DNA of 47,785 bases, the filler included, from Catajapyx aquilonaris (Eukaryota): the NCBI GenBank assembly GCA_000934665.2. It is 2 parts of 2 records of this genome, joined end to end, with 100 filler letters (N's around TTAATTAATTAA, not from the genome) between each part and the next. Parts side by side here need not be neighbours in the genome. Positions count along the whole stretch, not along the records: positions 1 to 22,330 come from KZ539437.1; 1 more part is not named here. One strand, 5' to 3'. A model generated the notes under the pieces. It saw only the letters and a program-made list of their open reading frames with translations. It made no database searches and was not told where the DNA came from. A program made the translations under genes and the position numbers. Positions 1-16,597 of this stretch are shown here, one piece after another. Position 1 is the first letter of the stretch. The number at the start of each line of letters is the position of its first letter.

Positions 1-663
1 AAGGGGGGAAATAAATTGCGGGGCGGGGGATTTTTTTTTTCCCCCTTTTCACGAATTACCAGACATATACAGGTCCATTGTCCCATTTCACACTAAAAAG
101 TCCACTTCAAACATTTTTTTCCCCGCAGGAATCAAGAGCCTGATGAAAAGGGAAGGTGCGGGGGGATTTAAATATGTACAAATAGGATACACACTGAAGG
201 AGGAAGAATTGCAGGGGAAACACACGGCTCACGTACTCTCATACGCTTTAAAAAAAAAAACAAATCCCACGCATACGGAAAATGAAATCGCAACGGAAAT
301 ATCAACCCGCATCGTAATTTGTCACGCGGGTTACGGTAACAGGATTCACACACCGCAAGTCGCACCGTCGGCTTTCCCGCAAAAGATTCAATGGCCTTTT
401 TAAAAATTACATTGCTGGATCATAAGCTGAATTAACGGTGAGGAGACGTACCTATCTACATAGTTTTGTATTTTTTTTACCTTTCCAGCAATGGAAAAAA
501 AAAAGTGCCAAAAACTGCATAAGCGTCCCTATTACATTCAACTATACATAAAAATCTTTGGCATGTAGTTAAAAAAAAAACAGGTCCAATAGGCATCCGT
601 AGTAATAATAATAATAATAATGGACAGCAATAAAATTAATAGACGAGGAGCACGCGGAAAAAA

Positions 664-698
664 NNNNNNNNNNNNNNNNNNNNNNNNNNNNNNNNNNN
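664..698. other. Assembly gap (N run) in the TAO 3' region
   Basis: Run of N between poly-A and poly-G tracts. Confidence 0.99.
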
Positions 699-867
699 GG
701 GGGGAGGGGGGGGGAGGGGGGGGGAGAAGGAGGGGGAGAAAAAAAATAGGCTCATTATGCTGCAGGGTAATTAATTAATAGTGTATATGTATAATAATGA
801 TGCGTTTTAAAAATTGGTTATAGAAGTCGTGGGGGGAGGAGAAGGGAAAAAGGGAGGGGAGGAAACG

Positions 868-7334
<6,467 letters not shown>

Positions 7335-8184
7335 CTTCTCACGCCTTTGGCAGAATTGGTGCCAGAAACAACATTTTTCTGAAACGGATATTGACAACAA
7401 TTCTACGGCTGACGGCAGAAACACTCAGCAAACAACACAGGGAATAATATACTCAACGGAATGCGGTGGGATATTTTTTAAATTAAAAAAAGCAATTATC
7501 CAATTACCTTAGACGCCACCAATTGTAGCAAACATGTAAGTACGTAGTGTCCGACGTACGATAATCGCTGCCACTGAATCGCAAGATCCAGCGTAACATT
7601 TTCTGGATTTTCTTTTCAAGTGCGGATTGTGTCCTGATTGTGACACCATAATATCAATAGGAAACTGTTGCTAGGATGCCAATTTGTCAGTCGCACAAAA
7701 TTTTCCTACGGATTCTGAAGCTCACGAGAACATTTTCGAGCAAACTATTCTCGCAAGCTTAGAGCGACAAGCAACTGTCCCATTTCAGAATATTAAAAAA
7801 TTATAATAATTCAATGTCTTGTTATGCATAAGGCGGCCAGACTTTACCTGGGCACTGCAGGCATAGTCCGCTGGCTGCTCCCCTCTGGAAGTCACTTCCA
7901 CTTCGCTTTGCTTCTTTTTCCCCGGGAAAAAAAAATGTGTCGTGCGCACAGCTGGCGAACAAGCGGATTCAAACACAGTTCACTCCACGTTGGAGGTGGG
8001 GGGTCCTTCACTTCCAAGGTGTGTTCCTCGACAGACGGTGGTCGACTATCACAGTCTCGCTTCACATGGCACACCCCACTGATTTCATATCAACACTGGA
8101 ATTTAAATAAAAAAAAACATATTGAATGAAAAAAGTGTGACGCTTACGAGGGCAGTCGAATTGGTTAGAATATGTACACAGAGG

Positions 8185-8600
8185 AATGGGAAGGATGGGC
8201 CTGCCAATTTAATTGCTAATTATTCATCACTAAATTGACATTTAACCACTGAAATTGATAGCCAATCACTGAATTGTTATTTACATACTGAAATTAATGG
8301 CTAATTATTTAGCCACTTAAATAATTAGCGAATTATATCAATACTAAAATTAACTGATCATTCAACTACTGAAATTAACATATTATTTAGCAATTCAAAA
8401 TAACAACTGATCATTAAACTATTAAAATTAATAACCCGTCATTGAACTATTAAAATTAACCACTCGTCATTGAACTGCTGGAATTAAAAACTAATTATTT
8501 AACAACTATTGAAATTAATAGCTGGCTGTGTAGCTATTGAAATTAATAACTGGATATTTAATAATTTAATAAAATTAATAATTATCTTACTAAAGTAGCA
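8185..8600. repeat. Degenerate AT-rich tandem/low-complexity repeat with core (C/T)A(C/T)TGAAATTAA
   Basis: Recurrent cactgaaatt / tactgaaattaa / tattaaaattaa / tattgaaattaa about every 30-35 nt. Confidence 0.65.
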
Positions 8601-9239
8601 AATCATTAATAATTAGTGAAATGAATCTGGCTGAATATAAGCGCAACAAGCTGGATTTTCACTTATTCTGTGGCGGATGAGCGTGTATGATTTGATGTGT
8701 TTAGGGCGCCATGACATGGCCAGGTTCATGACCTACGAGTACGCTGAGACATGGTACGTATTATGCATGTGGGGGAATGTGGTGGGCCTGGCAATATTTA
8801 CTGTCTAATTGCTAATTAGATGACAAATGACTCTGGCCTGCCAATTTCACTAATTTTTGTGTTGGATGAGTGCGTATGACTCCACGACCTGTCCGGTGTT
8901 CACGACCTTTTTTGGCAAGCGGTGAGTACGTGGTACGTGTGCCCTCCCCATGGGTGCAAAGCCTTGTTCCGCAACCCCCTCCCTTTCCAAGAAGTGTTGA
9001 CCCCAGGTCACAAACCCCCGTGACCTCCCTTGGCAGCTGATGAGGAGGGAGGGGGGTGGTGGTCAACTCCGACCCCCCCTTGGCCCAGCTAGGCACACAG
9101 GCCCCCCCCCTCAAGGGATCAGCACTTTAGGGTTGGGGTTGGACGTGGGGCAGGCCCTTATCGGGTGGGTCGGACGGAGGAGGGGAACACTCTCTGGACT
9201 GCTCTTCTTCTACTAGCTAAAAATGATGGTCTTCCTAAA

Positions 9240-9460
9240 GAGAGAGAGAGAGAGAGAGAGGCCCACTTGTCAAAAAAGATTCCTTCCGAATATCCGACTG
9301 AAATGGCCGTTCCACAAAAAGAGGGGGGGAGGGAGGGGGGGCATGCGCGAAGGATGGTGATCACACAGAGGGAGGGGAGAGAGGGAGGGTTTGTTGCAAA
9401 GAGAGAGGGGAAGAGAGAGAGAGAGAGAGTGACGAGCAGGGGAGGGGAAGGGAGGAAGAT
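9240..9460. repeat. (GA)n microsatellites and purine-rich low-complexity tract
   Basis: agagagagag runs at about 9240-9260 and 9412-9429, with gggaggg repeats. Confidence 0.85.
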
Positions 9461-9559
9461 GGCCATCATTGTCGACCAAAAAAATCACTGGGACTGCCGG
9501 TCCAACGGCCATCTTGGGTCCCACAATCCGTGCTGCCCTCCCGACCAACAGCAGCATCG

Positions 9560-9925
9560 CTCCTAGTCACGTGACCGGACACAGCCAATCACTCACCAGG
9601 GTTGACCCAACATGGCGTCTCAACTTCCCGTATGGACTTGGATCCCCCGACCAGTTCGGTGGCCATGTTGGTGCAGGCAGTCCGTAACAGCTACATCCCC
9701 AATATTAGTGACAACCAGCCGCTATTTCAACACTGAGAGTAGGTGCTGGAAGTAGCAGCGTTGCTATTATCAGACACAATAATTAATGGCTAGCTTAATA
9801 CGAAATCTATGGTCGTTGGCGACCATTATGGAGCCCGAATGCGGGTATGCGGCCAATCAGAGCGGCGGACTGGAAGTCACGTGACGCACGTGGGAACCAA
9901 TATGGATGATGCGCATGCGCCTAGG
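9560..9925 (+). promoter_or_regulatory. Putative promoter of the ZnF-MULE gene: two GTCACGTGAC E-boxes, CCAAT boxes and an NRF1/EWG-like TGCGCATGCGC palindrome
   Basis: gtcacgtgac at about 9566 and 9877; ccaat at about 9585, 9853 and 9897; gcgcatgcgc at 9911-9920; all upstream of ATG 10082. Confidence 0.45.
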
Positions 9926-10081
9926 GCATAATTTCCAAATACACATAAGTTTCGTCCTGGACGTGCCGATGGACCGTCCCTGCCGCACTAGTACGGAAGA
10001 CCGGTCTCTCTCGCAAAGTGTGACCCTTCCGGGCTTCCGTACACTAGGAGCACTTGTCAAGTCGGATCGGAAGTGAACAGC

Positions 10082-11914
10082 ATGATGAAAGGAGGCGACG
10101 AAGCAAATAATAAGGCGCGGGTGGAATGTAAAAACTGCGGCAACAGTTTCAGCACGCATGGGAATCTGCTCAGGCACCAGAGGATTGCTCACGGAGGCCC
10201 TTTGCCTCCTGCACGTGCAGCCCCAGCCTGTGCGTGCTCCGTATGCGGGAAGACATTCACCCAGGTGAGCGGCTTAAAGAAACATTGCCGCAACTTCCAT
10301 CCTACTGAGCCATCAGCACCAGCAGGGGGAGTACGAAATAAGGAACATGCTGGTGTGACACCCCAAGAAATGGCCCAAGGAAATGCAGGTGGGTGAACTA
10401 CTACCTGCAGGCCAAAGAGGTTTGCCTGCCATCATATTCTAATGGTGCGTTGGTGTTTCCACTTGCAGACCTGCAGATTGATCAGCGATGCAAGATGCGG
10501 CTGCAGGACATGTTGCCTGAGCCGTACCGGTACCGTTTTGAAGCCATTGAAGCCGTGCAAAATGAACATGACGGTTTCCATGCTAGATTCCGAGTTGGGG
10601 GTGTGACGTCAGAGGAAGATGCCAAGGTAATGCAGGCCCCTTATTCATGATATTTATTCTACGCAATCTGTCAACTGATCTGTGCAAAATTGAGATACGA
10701 CTGTTGCACATATTTTGCAAGTTTCATTGAGTCTCGCACCCTTCATTGCTGCACTTTTTTATTACTCAACCGCATCGATTTCTTTGCAGATGTGGTTGAA
10801 GGCCTTCATGGCAATGTCGCTAACAACTTTCCGAGTTGACAGGACAACACCTCACTCTGGAAAAGTCAATTTGTACAAAACATATTTTCGATGCCAACAC
10901 AATACGAGGACTCGCAACCACCAAATGAGGTCATCAAAAAAAAACACCGATTGTGAAGGAAGGCTCACCATCACAGTCAAAAGGTAAACATCAAGCATGA
11001 AAATGATACTACTTTACAGTATGTGCAACTACGTAGTACATTCATCGTATACTGACTCAGACAATAATTTATATAATTATACACATCTCCCCATATCCCA
11101 GTTTGGAATGAGTACCTAAAACTTTTCTTTGCTGCCATGTAGCTTACATGTAGAGACCATAATTATATCGGCCGAAGTGTAATGCGAAATCACTGGGTTT
11201 TACAGATACCTTCCTAAAAGCAAGGCAAAGCACATGGACCCACTTCTCAGGGATTGGCCTTGCGTTGTGGACCTTCACCAGGTCCACAATCATGAGACTG
11301 ACATCCCATGGGCCTTGAAGTACAGACCCATGGGTTCAGAAGTGAGAGACAGGTTGCTCGAGTTGTTTGAGAGTCGCCATTCTCCAGCTGCAGCTAGAGA
11401 CGTCGTTAGGACTGAACTACAGTCGCAGCATGTGAATGACTATCCCAGGTACTCGGCTGACAATTATCATCTTCCTTCGGTGGCGCAAACATTTCACCTG
11501 TACTACAGGGAATTCAAGAAAGTACATGGAGGTGGAGTGACAACAGCTGAATCAGTAGCTGTAGAAGGGGGAGCATTTGAAAGAGAGGCACATGCAATAT
11601 CACATGAAGCACAATGCATTCGTGACCAATTCATTGACAAGTTGGATGCCTTGATGAAGGATGATCCAAAAACCTATGAAGAGGCAATGTTGAAACTCGG
11701 TAAAAACATGTCATTATATTGCCGAACCCAGTCAGGGTTTGTGTCCGGCTTGCACACATTTGCCAACATGCCAGGACAATCAGCAAAAGGACGATGCAAG
11801 CGAGGAAAGATCCAACCCCAACCAACAGCAGACGCTAGACGAAAGAGAAATCCCCTAACTGGCCGCCAGGGTGTGAGGATAGGGCGGCCCAAAGGCCACC
11901 CGCAATCATCATGA
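10082..11914 (+). CDS. C2H2 zinc-finger plus Mutator (MULE) transposase-derived protein, catalytic core absent. Exons 10082-10388, 10469-10626, 10790-10983, 11206-11914
   Basis: Two C2H2 fingers (CKNC...HQRIAH; CSVC...HCRNFH), a WRKY/GCM1-like motif (CQHN...C...HQVHNH), an LFESRHSPAAA helix region and a C-terminal IQPQPTADARRK...GRP motif. Three GT-AG introns join the ORF pieces in frame. Confidence 0.7.
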
Positions 11915-13299
11915 AAAGAGCATGGCTACACCGGTCAGGAACCTCAAAGTCAGGCCGCACTCCTTATCTACATGCATTGATTCAAATGTTTCGGTGGGGC
12001 GTTGAGAGTAAGAAAATAAAAATATTATTGGAAAAATGTTGCAAATCATGTGTTAAAGTTCCTAGCTGCTACTTACAACAATATAAAGTGAGTCTGCCTG
12101 CGATGGTGCGCTGCAAACACGACCTCGCGGGGTTCTGAGATTTTGGTAAGGGCATGTTTTTTATTTTCCATTTATTATTATTATTTATTATTATTTATTT
12201 TATTATTAACATGGCATCACCTGGACATCACGTGGGCATGGCATCACCTTGGGTCACCAATGACGTGCCCGTTTGTCGCATCGGAACCCGCATTGCAGGT
12301 GGAGTAAGAAGGAAATCAGTCTTGGCGCGCTCAAATCTGCCACGCAAAGACATAATAATAATTATGTCTTATATATAATGGTCAATATGTTGCCCATAAT
12401 AGCAGGCAACGCGCGACATCGCAAAACCCACATTTTGTCCTTTTTTATTTGCAGCCACCTGGCGCCATTAGCCGAAGCTCTTGGGAGGATTTATTATCTA
12501 TTTTATCTAGTATTCCCCATTTCATCAATTATTTTACCTATTACTTCTCTATTATTTTACAGATTAGGACTACCCAGGCCTACCTATTACTTAATCATTA
12601 TTTTATTGACCATTTCTCATATTTATTTGACATTACTTATCCATTACCTATTACTCGTACTCCATTATTATTTTATGGATTATTTTTATGTACTATTCAT
12701 TATCTTGCCAGGACCAGTCATTGAGATATAATACAGATTATAACAAATAAAAATTATGGGCCTGTTGGATTACGCTGAGAATGGGCCGCTTGCACCTGCT
12801 GTATACAAATAAGTAATAAATAATGAATAATATAAAGCCCATTAGATCGGATGTCAACGAAATACTTTTTTATTATTTACATGTCAAGTCACAATCACAA
12901 GAAACAAAAAAAACTTGCGTCCTACTTTTCCTTTCTAACGAGTCCAACATTTCGTTTCTGTCCAATACCTTCATTAAATACAGGAGGGGTCAAAACTCAA
13001 CGCAACATGCAATTAAAACCATCGGCAAATTACTCTCGGGGAGTTTTCAACAATACAACATACTATAAAATATGGTACGTACACGAAAAAAAAAAAAAAT
13101 ATTTAGTTCAATAAATTCAGCTCTTTAAGTCGGCCCACATTGTGCTTTGCATATATAGTCCTAGTTGTACGATGATTTATAGTGTTTTGTTTCGCTAGAA
13201 TAAAAATGACTACTTTTCCAGCTCAAGTCAGAGAGCGTTAATTATTATTTTTCCCTTCCCCCACCGTCGTCTCACCGATTTTTAAAAATTAGAAATGTC

Positions 13300-14687
13300 T
13301 TATTTGGAAGGCGAGAATTCTGTGGGGACGAGGATTCGAGAGTCCATCTCTCGTATGAGAGGTACGGTGTATGCGACGCACTCGTCCCATCCAGGCTTGC
13401 TCCAGGCTTCCTCACGCGTCTCCTTTCTCTTCTGCAAGTTGTCGTAACCTGCGAATAGACAGGAACAACAATATTGAAGTGTTCTCAACATGGACTCTGC
13501 TGAAACGCATTAAAATTACGGCGAACGCTACTTACACCAGAGATGGTGCACATTGTAGAGTCGTCCTATCTGCGAGAAGTATCCTCCGTACGCCTCGCTG
13601 TTATGCTTCCTGTAATTAATGGCTCTGGCCCAATTGTTTCCCCACTCGATCATGGTCCCTGGCTTCAGTGTGTAGCTGCGGATCTCATAAATGTGATCTC
13701 CCTCTCTCTCCAGGACCGGTGGCCAGTAGCTGAACGCCAGCAGGTACTGGCTGTATCGCGAGCGCAGAAACTTGAGGCGCTCAGTCGCCAGCTTCTGGAA
13801 ATCCTGGAAAAGGCAACAATGTTTACAATGGCGAATCCATTACTGCGAATTCCTGGCAGGTACTTGATCTGTATTGATGATTCTCCTAGCAGTGTCGATG
13901 CTGGCGTATCCGCCAGTGTAGCGCCACAAGTGAAGCACCTGATCTTGCTCTCCGGCAACGACCTTCCAGCTTCCGACTAGATGGCAGTGAAGCTCCTCCT
14001 TACGCTCCTGAACTAACTTGACATGTTCATGGCTGCCAAAAAATAAATTTCACCATCAAAATTCTGATCTCATTTGCAATTACCAAAAAAACATTGCTCA
14101 CTAGTTCTTCAGGTAGTCGTCAATTGCAGGTGGCTTGATATGATGAGTGTTCATCTCGAAGACTATCTCTTTATCTGAGAGCATCCGTGAGTGCGACTCC
14201 TTCGTAGGCTCGATCCGTCTTACTAGAAGCTTGCTGAACCATTTCCCCGAGTCTTGATCTTTGCAAGCCCCGCTCGTGCTCAGAGACCTGAAGTAACGCA
14301 GAAATTGACACATTTTAATTTTTATCTGACAGGTGTAAATAAGCATGCTATTTTTGTTCAGACATATGATTATCAACTAATTTATATATGAAATGTTAAT
14401 TAATTTTTTTTTTTCATTGCTGTCATTGAATGTCCTTTCAGCACTGCACAATTTGACAACACCGCATCTTTCCCCTCTTCATGCAACAAAAAAAAATGGG
14501 TTCATTAACTCTTGCTCTTAATCGGGGCATCTGGACCGTTTCTGTGCAGGATCCAAGCCGGATCCGGCTCGTAAGGTGCCAATGATAATTTTCGGCGCAA
14601 TTACGGCCCTAATTAAGCTCACCTTGCCAGGTAAAAGGTCATTTTCGGGAGGCTGAGTGACCTCATATTTACAATGGTGGTCGCCAT
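13300..14687 (-). CDS. Nipsnap: Protein NipSnap (mitochondrial), 5 exons
   Basis: Exons encode [22 protein letters not shown] (presequence-like), [30 protein letters not shown]...[54 protein letters not shown] and [29 protein letters not shown]. Confidence 0.95.
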
Positions 14688-14689
14688 CT

Positions 14690-15090
14690 TTGATATAGGC
14701 AATGGGATAAAAGGGGAGGGGTTTCCAGGGTTGCCAGCTGCACATGTTCTAATCATTCGAATGTAAAATGTATGTACTGTTAAATCGTTAATTGAAATTA
14801 AAATAATTAAAAAAATACATTCAATAAGCATTACTGTGACGTCATCATGGCCACGTTGGCCACGCCCCTATTGTACACTACCGGATCAAATATGGCCGTC
14901 ATATTCGACCAACTATGCTGCATATATAATCACTGGATGTCAGATTTAAATGGCCAGAATTATTAACCAAAAAAATAAATTGTGGACAAATTGGAACACT
15001 TTTAATTTGATTCGAAATGTGACTAATTAAATGCGGGTTCACGCGCTCATTTGTCACCGAGTTATTTTCCAAGATGGCGTCAGGTGGGTT
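14690..15090. promoter_or_regulatory. Candidate bidirectional promoter between NIPSNAP (-) and Merlin (+)
   Basis: Head-to-head genes. YY1-like AAGATGGCG on the minus strand at the NIPSNAP start and on the plus strand at about 15071. CRE palindrome TGACGTCA at about 14837 and GC-box-like ccacgcccc at about 14860. Confidence 0.45.
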
Positions 15091-15577
15091 GTGTTTTGAT
15101 CCGTGTCAAAATTTTTGACAATTTTTCAATATGTTTTTTGGGCTTCGAATTGGCCTGTTTTTTAAATAATCGGTACGGGTTATTAGCGTCCTGAGGGATA
15201 GACTGGGACGTCCCACGCTCAGGTGTTCAGGACGAGATTGAAACGGAGAGTTTAAAAAAAGAAGAAAAAAAAAAAGTTTCTTCGGTGCAAAACTTTTTTG
15301 AAATGCGGCCAATTTTTTTTTTTTTGGGGTAGTACCGAGGGCGTATTGTGTAATTAGAAGTTAATTTTGGGGACTATTTATTGCGCGCTTAGTAAAGAGG
15401 CTCGAAGGGTTGGCACGGAACAACGTCATGCAGGGTACGTGCAAAAGGAGCAATCGTCTGTCGTGAAGTGACTATAATTATATCAACATTAAATATAAAT
15501 ATAAGGGGGAAGAATAGAAGCATAACTTTAAAGTTAACCGACTTGCAGAACAATAAAATTACATCGTTAGCAGAGGA

Positions 15578-16250
15578 TCCTGTTCATCACAGGGCCTGTT
15601 TCCCATGACGACTCGTTGCCACGGCAAACTTCGACTGACATACCAACGAACTTTGCCTTTTCATATAATGTAGAGGATTATATCATTTAACGTGCTGTTA
15701 TAATATATTATGGCAATACATTCGAATTGTATTACTAGCAGCGGCGCCCGTTCTTCACACGGCCTGTTTTCATGACAACTCGTTGCCATGTCAAACAAAC
15801 CAGCAAACCTTGCCTTTTATATGTGTAGATTATATAATTCACTATGCTATTATAATATATTATTATGCTGTTACGTGCCAATTATTACATTACAAATAAT
15901 ATGCCGTTGCATGCTAATTATTATGATGTAATTAATATGCTATTGCGACAGTATATTAAATTGGCTACATATATTATAAAAGGCGCAGTTTGTTGCTTTG
16001 TTTGTCCGAGTTCGCCTAGGCTGTCATGGAAACGGGCCGTTGTGAAGAACAGGCTCCGGTGCTGGCGATGTGAAGTCCTGCGAGGCTGATCGCAACTTCT
16101 TGATATACATAATTTTCTTCTCTCTTATAATTAATGTCAATTAATACCAGCCTCGCAGGACATTATATCGCCATCAGCAGAACCTGTTCGTCACACGGCC
16201 ACTGGTTGCCATGGCGAACTTGGACAAACAAACCAGCAAACTTTGCTTTC
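15578..16250. repeat. Four related copies (three direct, one inverted) of a ~70-90 bp element upstream of the Merlin CDS
   Basis: cctgttc.tcaca.ggcc...gttgcca.gg.aaac...aaaccagcaaac.ttgc.ttt at about 15579, 15747 and 16183; inverted copy at about 15978-16054. Confidence 0.7.
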
Positions 16251-16597
16251 TATGAGCTATATGTAGCTTATTGAAGGTGATGTTTACCTTATTTGACATA
16301 CGTATTTGCCGTAATTATTATACTATTATATTAGAGCAGTACTGACAAATGTGGAGCAAAGTAATATTTCGCCGTGTTCAAATAAAGTGCGTTGCTAACG
16401 TTACAGAGTGTCGTTTTGCAGATTCGTTTGCGTCTCGCTCCCAGACCCTCCCGAAGGCCCGCCACGCCCAGGACCCCACCTTATGACATGAGCCGTGCAG
16501 CATCACCCGCAGCACGTCCCGCAGCTTAGTCGGATGGAACGGGTTCCTTTCCCATCACTCGCCCCTCCTCCCCCACTTCCACCACCACTCGGTCACC

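Noticed and set aside
9158..9566. ORFs in the GA-rich tract
   Set aside because: Translation of low-complexity microsatellite sequence
9838..12295. 9-bp inverted match aatgcgggt / acccgcatt as TIRs of the MULE-derived gene
   Set aside because: Too short, no target-site duplication, and the same motif recurs at about 15030
12273..12731. 152-aa hydrophobic ORF
   Set aside because: Derived from an AT-rich (tat/att) low-complexity tract, with a TTG start and no family motif
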